Position numbers and translations under genes: made by a program. Shown piece after piece: positions 13,380 to 27,888 of a stretch of 64,000 nucleotides of DNA. How positions within the stretch are numbered: the first letter of the stretch is position 1; each line of letters begins with the position of its first letter. The stretch spans positions 3,980,705 through 4,044,704 of the forward strand of contig OZ199838.1 of NCBI GenBank assembly GCA_964304625.1, read 5' to 3'. The stretch is from Kudoa neothunni (lineage: Eukaryota > Animalia > Cnidaria). The notes under the pieces are model-generated. The model was not told where the DNA came from. It saw nothing but the letters and a program-made list of their open reading frames with translations, and did no database searches.

Positions 13380-14405
13380 TATTAACAATAAATACTTGTC
13401 TCCCATAATAATATAACATTTATATAAATTATGCAGTTTTTAATAAATGAAATAATTCAATTAATTATTAAATATTATGCCTTTACGAAATTTAATGCTC
13501 AGCAACATTAAATCAATAAACTTATGAAGCATAAATATGACGAATTTTATCAGCGAAAGAGGATAAAAGGTAAAGGATAATTTTGAATATTTAGATTAGT
13601 CAAATGTTACTCTTTTCCTTATAACGCCAATTGCAGTTAAATATCTACCACTCGATCATATAACCGATTTCGCGTTTGAGGAAGTCGAATTGAGTTCCAA
13701 TCTCAAACGTTTTCAAGTTTTCAAGCTCAGAAACAAGAGTAATGCGGCACAGAATAATGCAAGTTATAATTTAATATAGAATTAAATATTTGTTGTTTTA
13801 TTCATAGCTCCCGTTATAAGTTGCCTAAAATACAACGAGACAGGTTTATAATTGATAAAATTGTTTGATTACATGAGACCAATATCCTCATTATAATCTT
13901 AAGCTTTCAAAATTGTCCAAAAATTATAAAAAATAGGTTGGCTTAAGTTATGCTGAAACGTAAAATTTTAAAATAATATGTAATATAGATTTCGAGATAA
14001 AAATAGAATAAAATAAAGCCACTTTCGTAACGTTTTAGAAAATATTTCTTATAAAAGGGTATAAAAATGAACAGGAGAGAGCGAGCCAAAAACATTATTC
14101 GTCATTTAAATCGTATTATGTTAGTTACATAATGTATATGAATATTATTTTAAAATGTATGTGATACATCTATCTATACATGAAAATTTTAAGTCATTTT
14201 ATAACTATAACTGGTAAACTGAATGCACAAAAATTTCAGTTGCAGTGATCTTTTTAAAAATGATAAGAGCCCACATAAAATCAAATAAAAAGTGTATGAT
14301 TATGAGATAAATATAAATAAGATTGAAGATCGATAAGACATTAGGCCAATAAAGCAACACAAAAAAATCAAAAATGTTACGAATATACTCGATTACAGTT
14401 ATATT

Positions 14406-17400
14406 CTATTTAAACAATGTTTTAAAATAATTATTGGTTCGTTTTGCATCTGGATTCTTGCTTACACAAGGATCTTCTGTTCCAGGAATTTGTTTCTGAA
14501 AGGCATCCTTGTCGTCAGCATCGCTATTCGCCACTATTAGACGAGTTTTTTTTGTTGCCCAGCCACTAATCACAATTAATAGAAGCTTATTAACGAGAAA
14601 TTAAAACACATAAAAGATTACCTATCATTTTTGTTGGGTGGAAAATGGGAATTTTTTGTTTTTGGAACAGAAGAGGAATTAGCTTTTTTGGAAGTAGACT
14701 CCTTTCTTTTAGGAGGATTAGACTTTGCGATAGAAATAGTAGCTCCATCAATCACCGTACCGTCGTACATAAGAATGGCTTTACTTGCGGCGGTCTATGA
14801 ATTCAGTTTCGATTAATAGAAATAGGGCATATTTACCAACATACACTATCAGCCAATTCCATATAAGCATAGCCTTTGGAATTTCCCGACCGATTGGTCA
14901 CTAAGCGAATTTCTTTGATATCATCAGACAGCTGAGTTATTTAATGAAAACACAGTCAATTCAACAAGACCATACTTCTTGGAATACTTCCTTCAGTTTT
15001 TCTGGAGTGGTTTCCTTCGATAGTTTACTGACAAAAAGAGTGTTCTCTGACAAATTAGTATTGTACTATCAATTTTTGGTAAGGTCCGTTTCAACCAGTT
15101 GAACTAATACTTTAAAAGGCAACGATTCCTTGGTTTTGTCGATGCAAGGTGACACATACAACGGACGATTATCCACAAGTGTTCTGTCTAGAAGTAATGC
15201 CTTGTTTGTCGACTCCTACAATGTTACTGTAGTGATTATTCAACAAACTAATCAATTACCGCAGTAGTGAATTCCAAATAACCATAACCCTTGGAGCGAT
15301 TTGTACGAGATTTGGCTAATCGAACTTCCACAACTTCCCCGCACTATGCCAATAACATATTAGTTTGGGTATAATAACTCAATAGATGACCTCTTCGAAA
15401 AGCTTTCTCAAAACATCTTCCCCAACATCAAAAGAAATGTTACTAAGAAAAATAGTTCGTTCCTTGCGTTCCCTAAAATAATTGAGTAGAGAAAATAAAT
15501 CGGAGATTAGCGTCATAAAAAACACAAACTTTGGTATTTTTTCAATACTGTTAAGATTCGGCACATCAGTATTAGTAGCTTCGGCTGGAGATTTAGTAGG
15601 TTGAGAGGCTGTTGGTTTATGTGGTACAGAAGTAGGAGGCAATTTGGGAGATTTGGATGGCACTTTAAACCCCTTTTGTTAAATAAAAGATTTAAGTAGG
15701 AGACTACTGCTTTATTATTTGAATTTACATCAGAATCAACTATTATTTTTGAAGTGGTGGTGGGCTTGGTTCTCTAATTTCATAAGTTACAATATTAGTT
15801 TTGTCAGGTTTTTAAATTACCTTTTGAGGGGGTTTACCGTGCTCTTTCTTTTTTAACTAAAGTTAATTCAAAACTTCACCTACATAAAACATAAAGGATA
15901 GCACATCTCTATCTCGTCTGTTTTTGTGATCAGACTGCTTGTAGGTGGAGAGCTGTAGGGATGGTCAGTAAAAAATACCGACCAAACGCCAAAATATATA
16001 CCCAATTATATTGAACAATCGAGGATATTGCAGAGTCTAGGTGGGACAAGAAATCGATAGATAATTCACGTTTGTTTTCTCCTTTTTTAGGTGGAAATAA
16101 ATTTTCGTTATTGGACTTGGACAAGGAACTCACCAAATAAAAGTTTGAGATTGACATAAGTGGCTACAACCAAAGGCGTTTCGGACCCTACCACTCTACT
16201 TAGTGATATACTCATAATTTCCAAAGCTTTATCAATTAACTCCAAATTTAATCTAACTCACGAAAAGTAATTTCTAATACTAACGCGAATATTACAATTG
16301 TTTGATGTAATTTATCCAAATATGTGCGGGAAAATTCTTCACGTTATCATCGCTTGGTTCTATTTCATGTTATACTTAATAATAGAGGAATCCAACTTCC
16401 TACCTTGATCGTCGATTCCTAAAATCAAATCCCAAAACTCGATAAATTTTTTCGCGTTCTCTTCTTTTAACAGCTTAACAATCGGTAAAATAAAAATAAA
16501 GGTTAATAATTTTCTTACCAAATAGTCTCCTTTGAGTTCGTATAAGAACATGAGGGAAGGTGACTGTTCTCCATAGTCTAGAAAATTATTTAAATACATT
16601 GCATTACATATTATTCGAATAATTTATTGTATAAATATTATCACTAACTAAAATAAATATCGAATTATCAAACTAATGCGCTATCCATTATAGACTTACA
16701 AATTTTAATAAAATACCATTTAATAAATTACTTAAATAAATAAACGTAATATAAGTAAACTAGTTATCAAATTAATGCAACATCAATCATAGTCTCAAAA
16801 ATTTTAATAAAATTACATTTATTAAATATGTATGATATAAATTAACTAATTATAAGATTAATTGTAACTAACGTTCGTTTAAAGCGGCGACCATTCGATG
16901 AACTGTAAAAATTTAACTGTAATCGGCGAAAAAATGCGCTTCATAAATTTTTTACCATTGTGGCTCACATTTCGGGGTAAAATAAACGTTTAATTTTATT
17001 AGATCCCGCAAAAGTCAATTAATATTAACTCAGCGATAAGACCATACGCGCTATTTGATACCAAAAATAATTATAGTCGAAACTACACCAAGGATTAAAC
17101 ATACAAGTACCAAAAGTTATATCCTATATTTGGCATTAATTATTTATTCATTAAATATAATTTTAATAAATAAGCTTTTACAGATTTTAATAGGAAAAAC
17201 TTAAAATTAACAACTCCAATAAAACTTTAACACTAATCATCATTGGGTATGATTATCAAAAACAATTTAACAAGCATTATTAAAATACACATAGATTTCA
17301 TTAAAAAATCATAATAAAATAGATTACGTTTGATGAAAAATTCAAAGGCATTATGAAAGACTCCCATCACTTGATCTATGGTTCCTATCGTAAACTGGGG

Positions 17401-19054
17401 TAAGCTGCAACAGATATTAGAAATTACCATGCTGAATAAAGTGAGAAATATAAGCTTGATAGAGAAGAAGGTATTGTTCGGGAAAATTGAAACCAATTGT
17501 GAGAGCATTATTGAAAACTTTTAAAAATCTCATCAAGATTGCAAAAACATATAAACCCACTTTTTTCCACTTTTGTAGTACTTCCACTGAGGTTATCACT
17601 CTATAAATTACAAAATACATTAATTAACAACAATAACCAAATTTAAAATTAGAATTACACTAAAATGAAGATAATTGCTCCAAATAACAACATCCCATGG
17701 CACAAAACGTACAGCCCGTTCATAAACTTTACTTACACGTTGATTGTTGGTTTTCTAATTAATTACGAACATGTTTATACATAACTCAAAACTCAAACAT
17801 ATTACCGAAATAAGATTAATGTATTCCTTCCAGATGTTAATATTTACTTCATTGAAGGATAGACACATTTCGTAGAGAGCTTCAATAAAAAGATTGTTAT
17901 CAGCACACGAAAATGCATCATTATCGGTATTGAAAAAATTGATTAGTTCTCTAAAATTTGTTTCAGTTGGTTCATCACTCTAAAAGGTGATTGATTATGG
18001 ATTGGACCGGCGAAATTTGAACATCATTTACTAGAGCACGCAGAAGAGGTTCTATTTTGGTGTAGATATCAATGATTTTGGCATGTTCCTGTGTCAAAAG
18101 TAGATCTATAGTTAAGAGTTGTTGTTTGTTGAAAGTCTCATAGTCATCAAATGCACTTAAAGTGGCATCTAAAACCATTCATATTTATAATTAGGTTCCT
18201 AACAGCCAACTAGCTGCCTACCAAGATGAGGAATCTTGAGTCGCACAGCATACAAATCCGACAAATAAGTCTTTTCATTGTTACTTACTTTTTCACTAAT
18301 ATACAGTTACGAACGATATATTTAGTGGTTGATAGGTACGTTTGTTGATTAAAGGCATTATTTTCCAATAGATATTCTCCCAAAAGTTGAAAAATCTCAA
18401 AACCCTATAAAAATTAGTGAAAAACAATAAGAACATCTCAATCAATAAAACAGAGAGAAAACGATGATCAACATAGCTAATTCTATTATATAAATTACAT
18501 TGATCAAATTGTAACCGGCTGTAAAAACAGCTCGCTCAAACAAATCTCTCATCTCAACAGGGGTCAAACGACTTTCGCTGTATTTAAGATATTTTATCCA
18601 TAGTTCTGGAGAATACGGCTGATCTAATAATGCTTGTTCAAACAACTCATTAATGTAGACAGTTGAATGTGTGTCATTTGTATCATTAGCAAGTTCATCT
18701 TCCAACCATCTCAGCCACAATGCTACACCATTCAATCGACAATGAAGAATGTAATTATGCTATCAATAACTTGGTGACAACGGAAATATGGATTGCATAT
18801 TTTCACGGGCCCTCCTAAGTTGGACTGATTTGTTTTGAGTTTGAAGAAACCCCACCAAACTCAAATGTAATTCGTAGTTGTATGGGTCATTCTCAAGCTA
18901 CAACAAACAAAAAACCCATTAACAACAATTATGTTGGTTGTTGTATCCGTTAAACTACCCTAGATTTCAATAAGATCACTTGGTCATCTTCAACATTGCT
19001 ATCATCTGATTGACAAAGAATAAAACTTAATGTTGGTTGAAAACCAGAAGACAT
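14406..19054 (-). CDS. SART3: SART3/Prp24 U4/U6 snRNP recycling factor (HAT repeats, 2 RRMs, Lsm-interaction tail)
   Basis: Exons give ENDPYNYELH..RARENMQSIFPL..LWLRWLEDE, YSPELWIKY, LFERAV, YERAVRFVPW, RRM1 TIFLSNISF..RSKGYGYLEF, RRM2 TLFVSKL..KGYAYMEL, and C-terminal RTNNYFKTLFK*. More than 20 short GT-AG introns plus one ~750-bp intron. Confidence 0.9.
16665..16830. repeat. Degenerate tandem duplication, period ~99 bp, in the long SART3 intron
   Basis: TTATCAAACTAATGC..AAATTTTAATAAAAT at 16665 recurs as TTATCAAATTAATGC..AAATTTTAATAAAAT at 16764. Confidence 0.5.
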
Positions 19055-19682
19055 CGCAAAAGCCTCCACAACAAATATTCAAAGCGACTGCGTGCGATTT
19101 ATTAACTCTCCGGGCGCATTCAAATGTACTCACACGTGAAACAACCTGATTTGCCACACCTACTGTCCAATGGAATAATCTTTTTGTACTGTCATTCGTA
19201 TCTTTTGAGATAATGGAATATTATCTCAAAAGATAATTCGAAAAAAACATTAAATTATAATACAAATTTGTTCGTTGTCCTTGTTGTAAATGACCCAGCT
19301 AATAATTGTTATCAATATTGATTCTAGTTTTAATAAGCTCTACTCTACGGTTATTATGACCATTACGTTTGTGTGCTATGTTGTAGATTTTTATTTTAAT
19401 AATATTGGATGTGTGAATTGCATTCATTATTTTTTTAATTCTTGTTGACAGAAATCATTAGTATTATCATCACGTTGTCTAAATGGTTTGTTTCTACAAA
19501 TTAAAGTCAAGGATCGACTAGATTAATCGCGTTAAATCTTTACATAATTGTTATACAAAAATTTGTTTTTATTAATATATTTTTGAATATAAATGTAAAC
19601 ATAGTGATAAATAAGAGAGACTACATTGCAAGAGCCCACACTAAAATTTTGTTTTGTTCGCATGCATCATGGCGGCTCGAGG

Positions 19683-21677
19683 CGGGGCGTCCAACGAGAC
19701 TATTGGTAAAAAACCCAGGATCACAAAGAAAACACAATAGTATTATTAAAATAACAATAATTTTAATTTTAAACGCGTTTTCTAATTATTATCTTCAATT
19801 TAATCGCCTTCGTCATCTTCACAACCCTCAGTTAGGAAGGTCAATTTATTTTTCAAGCGCTCAAGGTATGGTTGGCTCATAACACTGCTACCCATGTCAT
19901 GTATTAGTTTATTTGTTGGCTGTGACGACAAAAACGTACTATTATTTCTTCTGATCAACTGCTTTGCGATAAGTTTACATTTTACAGTTTCAACCTTTAA
20001 TGAGTTAGTTTTTTTAGTTTTTATTATGTCCATTAATGAATAAATTCGTTCAACATTTGATGTAGCTGGAATTTCTATCCTTGGCATATTAATCAAGCCA
20101 ATATTTAAAGATCTATTTTTAACCAATCTTGATTGGAGCACATATTATCCCACGCTCTTTTTGATCTCCGTTTGAAATTTCACGCATATTTTACAATACT
20201 ATACGTCCATAACTTCAAAATATGTTATTAAAAAAACTAGAAACAATCTAACTTTGATATACATCATCCTAATCCGGTTTAATAAGGGATTGACGCCATC
20301 AATAAAAAAACAGTATGAAAACATAAATAAAAACCTAATTGATATTAACTAAAAAAATTCTAATGAGCATAAAAAGCAAGTCCATAAATCATATTTATTT
20401 TTTCGTCCCCACTGAAATTCACCAAGAAATATATTGAAACCGTCCATACTGACAGAACCATCTTCATTTACTGAAGATGTTCTGTTCCTTGGTGATATTT
20501 TGTATTTGATGGAATCCCACGTTCCCTCAGTGGTGTTTGTATGTGTTCTTGTGATACTCTCCACGTATTCTATATTGCGATTTACAGTGTGATGAGCATA
20601 GAAATTATGAAGTGCCCCATAACTTTTGAAGCAGTCAGTTATAACAATGGAGCAAGGGTGAACGTATGTTTTAATTTTCTGGATAATTGTCTCAGCAGTT
20701 CTGCCAGGAACCCCTATTAAAAACGTCTTTCGTTATGGTGTCAATTCTACGCCTCCAAGAACCCAGGCTCCATTAATGTCATGTCCTCTGTTATGCTTCA
20801 CCTTGCCAAATTTGGACTCATCGATCTCAACAATTATGTTTTCTCCTCCCAATAATTATGTCCTCAAAATCCAGACTGTCCACTACCAGCTGGCGAAGAT
20901 AATGACAATAGTTAGTAATTGTTTGCGAAGATTGTTCCCAAGTTAACGCTTTTCACGCCCACAAGTCAGTAATATGCCAACTCCAAAAAATTATGAAGTT
21001 TTATTTTCACAGTACTGAAAAACGTTGACTAAAAAATGGAAATTTCCTTTCTACAAGTATTGGAACAGCATCGCCAATTTTTTCGATGTATTGAATGGCT
21101 GGTACCATCGCATTTCATACAGCTATCCGGTGATTTCAAGATACCAACGTTGAGAAGACAATGGATAGAGTCATCTTCATTGCAAAAGATACTACCAAAA
21201 GACCTCCTCGGGGAAATCATTTATACAGATCTAGCGAAAAACGGTCGGTATTCGTTAAATAGTACACTTTGTCGACTTGGTCTGTCTAATTCGCAATATT
21301 AAAAGAGCGGAACATCTACTAAATAGTTAATTAATAATCACTAAAATGCAAAAAGTTTCAAGACAGCGTTGAAATACCCAATTACAATCACAGCATAATA
21401 AGAACCATTGATTAAATGACAATCATCCGAGGGTCGGAAAACAACGCGTTGCCGACGATTGTGATATCTTTAAAATTCCGAATAATTTTAATTTTCTCCA
21501 TTAATAAAACAATAAATATTATTATTCTACCTAATTCTAAAACTTATTATTTATAAACTAAGCTCAAAGAGTTCTATAATTGAAAAGGTTTGTAAATAAA
21601 CCAAAAAAACTCAAGAACCCAAGGTTAGTAGAAAAATCCCAAATGCTTGAGGAAAAACCCATGGTTTGGACGCCCTG
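19683..21677 (-). mobile_element. Deleted hAT element hosting a Merlin insertion
   Basis: TIRs CGGGGCGTCCAA (19683) and TTGGACGCCCTG (21677), with subterminal AAAAACCC-type repeats. ORF 19800..20141 resembles the hAT dimerisation region (IPATSNVERIYSLMDIIKTKKTNSLKVETVK). TSD is degenerate. Confidence 0.7.
20247..21220 (-). mobile_element. Merlin (IS1595/ISXO2-like) transposase pseudogene, copy 1
   Basis: Zn ribbon CMKC..WRCCSNTCRKEISI, IVEIDESKFGK..HNRGH..WVLGGVE, VITDCFKSY and HTNTTEGTW. A TIR remnant TTTGATATAC at ~20252 is shared with copy 2. Confidence 0.88.
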
Positions 21678-24600
21678 GAATCGACCGATTTGACACACTT
21701 TTTTCTTGGTCCCGAGGGGATTACGTGAAATTGGTTTCTTACTGGAGAAGAACTGCTTGAATTTTATATTAAAAACCATTATCATATGAGAATAACTTCT
21801 ATTTAAATTATAAAATGAAATATTATGAGTATTAAAAGTAAAAGTTGTATTCGAATTAAAAAAGCAGAAAAATAAAATTGAAATCGAAAGTGAACATTAA
21901 TTTTGAATCAGAAAACGTTACAAAATATATAGAAAATTAATAGTTGCATGGATAATAGTATTCATGTGGCACTATTTTTTAGTATATTTATTTGTTCCTG
22001 TCCCCCGAAAGCGATGCAAAGGGACAGAAATAACTAAATATAATGGATTCTACTAAAAATTAAACCTGTATACAGCTTGCAAGTATGTGTTGTTAGAGTT
22101 AAAAATTCCCATCACACAAGCATATACATGCCGTTAAGGATTGACACATTAAAACTTTCAAAAAAAGTCAAGGTATTGAATATTGTTACTATTTAATGAG
22201 TAAACTTTGCTTAGAATGTAGAATTAATAACTGTTCAAAAATAAAAAAAATAATAGTACGATTAAAATGTATGATAGATAAATAAAATTCTAAAATTCCT
22301 CGAAGAATTAATGGCTGTAATAATCACTTTTAAACTTCTTGGTTTCTCTATCTGTAAAATGAACATTTTGAAACTCATATTGAGGAATCGTTGATTGTCA
22401 TTTCAAGTACAAAATAATCTATATTATAATTCATAATATTGAGGTTAGTGGGTTTTAAGAATCACGAAAATAATTTTAACATGATTCTTAATACGCATTT
22501 ATATATTTTCGAACGATATAATTAAAAAATTATATTCTATATTCTAAAAAATTTTTTATACAAGTAGAAAAATTCCATATTGTCTATTTCCTCAAAAGCG
22601 ATTTTGTAATACACGACATTAATGTAACTAAAAATTTTAATTTTCCAGTTTCTGTAATATTTAAACAAATAATAATGCGAATTAAACATATAATAAGTCG
22701 ATATAGAAATTTATTAATGAATAGTAATATTTTTTCATTTTTGCAAACTCAACATAACTCTTATGCACAAATTATTGGGTATAGGGGTGACAAAATTATT
22801 TTTTAGCTGTAAGGTATCTGTATTAGAAAGATGACATTAAATTTTATTTTTCTATAAATATTGATAACAAATTATAGAGTTGTAAAAAATATAAAGCGAC
22901 GTTGACCAGCTCGAAAACGATCCAACAGACTTTAATGGATTAAAAATATCAATGTCAATAATTGGTGCCTAAGTATTTTGTGTATTATTAAAATTTTTTA
23001 TCTAAACGAGGAAGTTTACTGGACTTAACTCTCAAGGTGAAGCATCATCAGATAGTTGTATACGACGTCTTACAATACTCCATGTATCTATGGATCCATC
23101 TTGACGCCTGACCAATCAAAAATTACACGAAAAAATGAGGCAAAATTAGATGTTTTATCTCGTTAATAAAGATTCATTTTTAAACTTTCCATAATCTATT
23201 AATATAAGGAATTAAAATTCATTGTTAGCCATAGCCGATTGAACACATTTGTGAATCTGATTGGAAAATAAGCAGTAAGTAGATAAATTGTGGTAGAAGC
23301 GATAGAATATCTTTTCAAAGTATGAAGAATTGGTTAGTAAAATGTTTGAAATTGTTCTTAATTATTTCACTAAGTCAATTAGCAGTAGATATGGCACTTC
23401 TAGTTAATTAATATCGATATTGTGTCGAATAATTGTGAAATAATAGTCACAATTGGTTGACAAGTATTTGTCAATAAATGAACAATTGTATTTTCAAGAT
23501 TGTGGAAAGTTTGCGAAGATCAACTTTCTGATTTGTATTCGCAGCATCAAATAATAGTAACAATAAACTTTCAATCACAACAAAGAAAACAACTCTTTCA
23601 CTGGTGATAATAATACGTTGAATTATGAGCTTAAAATAGGGAAATAATTGTGATGCTCTGACATAAGTATAAGTTTAAGCATAGAATTTAATTGAGATTG
23701 AACTAGATAGGTGGTAAAAAGAAAAATAAACGAGAGATTTGTATTGTTTTTTAGATGAAGTTGAAAAAATCCAACGAAATTCCAATAGCCGTTTTGGAAT
23801 CATCAAACGAATATTTGAACAGGGAATACTTCAATAGATCGTTTGGTACGACAACTAAGTGAGGAGAATTGTTATATATGAGAATTAGAGGAGAGAATGA
23901 AATTGAAAAAGGACTCCCAAGATTTTTTTAAGCAAATATTAAAAAACAGAGTCGATAATGCAGTGATTGAAAAATGCTTCTGTAGATATCATAAAATAAT
24001 GTTTGACGTTGCGGCGAATGATGTTTCAGCATGTGTAAGCTGGAGAGAATCTGTGTTATCTCTGATCAAAATGCCAAGTGGATATTATTTGTATTTTAAT
24101 GTATATGGATTTGAGTGGTATTATGAGATCAATCCTGCCACATTTGCGTAATGTCAATTTTATATTGAAAATAGTTGATACCAACAAAAATTGCAGACTA
24201 CGAAGCGAAACTAAGTCTTCTGTTGGTACATAAGATTGAAGATCAAACGAAGACTCTAACAAATTCCAATTCCCTTTTAATAACGGTATTTGATCATTGT
24301 ATTAGGCCTCTTATCATAAAGTTAATAAATAGACCAAACTACTGGATTACTACCGAGTTTCATTTAACGACACATCGACACACCGTAGATGGCTACAAAT
24401 GCTGTTGGATGCATTGACACAAGAAAGACGAAACATTTTCGAGTATTTTTTTAAGTAGACTTAACAGCATACATATAAATCGCATAATTTTGCAGTCTCG
24501 ATTCATTTAAAAGATACCAATCGACCCATAATGATAAGTAAATTTTTGTTTCCCTTCATCTCCATCTTCATCTTCACTGTATATTTTATGTGTATGATTC

Positions 24601-25037
24601 CACATAGAAATTTTCCCAAAATATGAATAATGGTTTTTTACTAGACCTAATGTAAACCTATATTTTCCGTATCCATATCTATCTTATTTTTTTGAATTTG
24701 ATCTTTTTGCAACATTCAACATGTACGCATATTAATGTAGGAAAATTGTAAATTAAATAATCTAACACTAAATAGTTGTTTAACTCAACTCAACATTTTA
24801 ACTTTTAACACATTAAATCCATCAAATTAGTTGGGATTTGAGTTGAAACTAGTGAAAAAGATCAGCCACCAAAATGGCATCGATTTTAGTTGAGTGAAAA
24901 AAAGTTAATTTTATCATAACAGATTAGCCTTGATTCGACAATTCTATTACAGTAAACAACACCTTAATTAATCTAAAAGAAACTGTAATAGCAGATCAAC
25001 TCAGTGGCAGTACTGATCAGAAGTTGCAGCTGACATT

Positions 25038-25799
25038 ATGGTACACAAAAAATCACGTAACAATCTTTCAAAAATTCACTACAGCTAACAAAATTAATAA
25101 TTTTCTTTAGATTCTGTAAGAACCCATGAGAATTCACCGAGAAAAGTACAATATGGCATACAACTGAACGATCACGTAACTACGAAACAATTATAGCCAT
25201 TCCAATTTTATTTTGGACACAGATAAGCGTCAAGCAACATAAGGTTAAACGATCTGTCTCATCAAATCTCAATCAACACAAAAAAAGTTCTGAATGCACA
25301 TCATTCGATAAAAAAGACACATCTATAAACCGTCAATCGATGCCTACTGAAACCTATCCCTCCTTTGTAGCTGTGTCCGTTAAATTGTCACTTAATAACA
25401 AAAAAACTATTTAGGAATTCTATAAAGGTTCCTGTGAAGTCTTTGTCATTCTAATTCGTTCGAAAAAATCACCATTGATTAATGTGGTAGCTAGAGGTGT
25501 GTGTTCTACGTACATTTCTGAAAGATAACTGTCGTATTCCGGATTAGTTACATATAAGGACGTTTAGTGTGGGGAGCACGTTGTTGGTAATACTTGGAAT
25601 AGTGTTTGTTTTTGGCGCACCACTTAAAAATACAATAATAACAATCTTATCTGTGAAAGGATGCCTGCAATTATCTTTTACTTGTATATTAAATGTGGTT
25701 TGTTGTCGCTTTTTTCTCACGCAGATCAACAATTATGCACAGCGATATCAAAATCGTACCCGCTCAACATCACAACTCGGTAAAATCATGATCAGGTGA
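25038..25799 (+). CDS. Spliced ORF (5-7 small exons): separate orphan gene or N-terminal extension of NELF-B
   Basis: ATG at 25038. GT-AG introns 25057-25110, 25176-25222, 25367-25414 and 25510-25567 (probably also 25587-25659 and 25684-25724) restore one frame: MVHKKSHSVRTHENSPRK..EFYKGSCEVFVILIRSKKSPLINVVARGVCSTVGSTLLDACNYLLLINNYAQRYQNRT.. Confidence 0.55.
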
Positions 25800-25813
25800 G
25801 CGCACGCATTTAA

Positions 25814-27683
25814 ATGTTGGGAGAATTTGAGGACTACTTTAAACAGTATGCACCTCTTATCGAATATCTAGGTGTAGATCAACAGCAATTGGCATACTAC
25901 ATAATTGAACGAATGGATGACAAAATTATGCAGTTATTGCCTAAATTTAACCGACAACAAACCAACGAAATTCTACTTGAACTTGCCGAGTTGGTGAAAC
26001 AGCGGCCCCAATTTTGCAAGTTGTTGATGTTTGTTTCCGATCAGCAAAAATCTTTTGAAGATAGCTTTGTTGATGTTTGTTTCAATTCAAGTGATTTATT
26101 CGGTAAATTGAGCTTAAATACACGACGCACACTGTGGAAAAGCAGACCTTTACAATTTGGCGAAAATCTCTTGCCATATGTGAATATCTATGTGACTTGG
26201 TTGGACGAAAAATACACTGATGTCAATCTGATTGTGGATAGCAAAGAAGAAAATGATCGAGACTCGACAGCATCATTTCTTCAGTCGTGCTATGGCGAAC
26301 GACGTCAAAATCAATCCATCGTAGACATTCTTAATTTAATTGGCGATAGTTTTCCGCTGTACGATTTGTCGCTGCAGTTTATTCGAACGCTTTGGATAAA
26401 AACCAAAAAGATTAGTTATTGCAGTCTACGATTAGATTTGTTGTTGGTGAACAATTCCACTACTATTCAAAATATTAGGTAATACTGTGACTAATTATGT
26501 TCTGGTGATGCGAATGTGACTGACCGTTTGTGTTGTATTGATGTAGATCGGCTGATCCCTGTTACAAACTGGTGTGGTATCTGGACAACTGCATCACTTC
26601 AAACCGCATGAAAAAGAAATATCTCCTGGAAATTCATAATATTATTAAAACGGCATCAAAAAATAAAGATTTTGTTTTGGGGTAACATTTTTGATGAGCG
26701 AGATTCTAGTGTGAAATTTGTATCATTCGCTGATGTGTGTAGGGACATTGGCATGATATTATCGGACCCTTCTGTTAGATCGTTTCTTCTTACAGCCACA
26801 ATGCGACGACTAGAAAAAGACTACTTAGCTAGAATAATTCCTAGAGTAAGTTGAGATAATGTTGTTGATTTAAACGTTCATCAACTAAATATACCCATAT
26901 AGGATTGTACCTATTTGAGCATGATAATCACTCTACTGAAAAATAGTTTTTCCTCTTCCGCGACTCTATCTACCTCTGAAGATCCTCACGATGTCTGCAC
27001 TAAAATTCAAGTCACGGAGGTATTCTGTTTTAAATATTTGAGCCGTACGTCTAATTTCTGAATAGAAAATGATCTTCACTCAATTACTTCCCATACTTAT
27101 GTACCAACTTGGGTTTCAACACTCGTTGTCTATTCAGGTCAAATGTGAAACACTTCCTTCGCTGAAAGACTTTTTCTCCCCCAACAGTCCACATTTCACA
27201 CCAATATTTGATATGCTGTTCTCGTGTGAAATGTGTTCTTATTTGTGGTGGTATGCTCAAATATATTTACTGGAAAAGTTCGAAAATTGGGAAATGTTCA
27301 TGTGGATGGTGAACGAATATATGAATAATCTAGCCCAATATTGCTTCCTCCAAATCGAAACCAATAATGAGCTCAGCGACAATGCTGACCACTATTCTGC
27401 AGTGTGCTTCTTTTCCGAATTCGTTCTTCTGATGATTGTTCCACTTTTTATAAAACTTGCCAAATCAAGGACTGAGGATCAATTCAATTGGTTCAACTTT
27501 TTTGATGTGTTCTTTGTAAAAATTCCGAATATGCTCATTCATAACCAATATCGCCACACCGCTAACAACATACTCAAAATTGGGATTAAAATGCTTAGTG
27601 TTATCGGTCCCTATATTCATGAATCCGTTTTCAATGAAATAAGTGACATGATTGCTACGTTTGCAGAAGAAATAAAACTCTAA
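25814..27683 (+). CDS. NELFB: Negative elongation factor B (COBRA1)
   Basis: RRTLW..QFGENLLPY, RRQNQSIVDILNLIGDSFPLYDLSLQFIRTLW..SYCSLRLDLL, ADPCYKLVWYLDNCI and VLG|DIGMILSDP match COBRA1 signature blocks. Four short introns. Confidence 0.88.
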
Positions 27684-27831
27684 TTGTTCATCACATTGAA
27701 TTGGCACTGCTTTTTCATGTTTGACTTCTGATGGGTTTTTCTAAAGTGCCAAATTATACTGTTACAATTTGGTTTAATCTTACTTATGTAATTGACATGG
27801 TAAATAAAGTCAGGTGTCGTTAGTTTTGTCT

Positions 27832-27888
27832 AAATTTAATTATTTCTGACCCATCACTTCGCTCTTAGGGTTCAGAAATAATAAATTT
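27832..27888. repeat. Hairpin-forming inverted repeat
   Basis: AAATTTAATTATTTCTGACCC-atcacttcgctctta-GGGTTCAGAAATAATAAATTT. Confidence 0.6.

Noticed and set aside
22900-24700. ORFs 23897..24151 and 24175..24417 as a gene
   Set aside because: No consistent splice model; only faint RT/RNase H-like fragments (IEKCF, FHLTTH). Possibly a very old retroelement, but not supportable.
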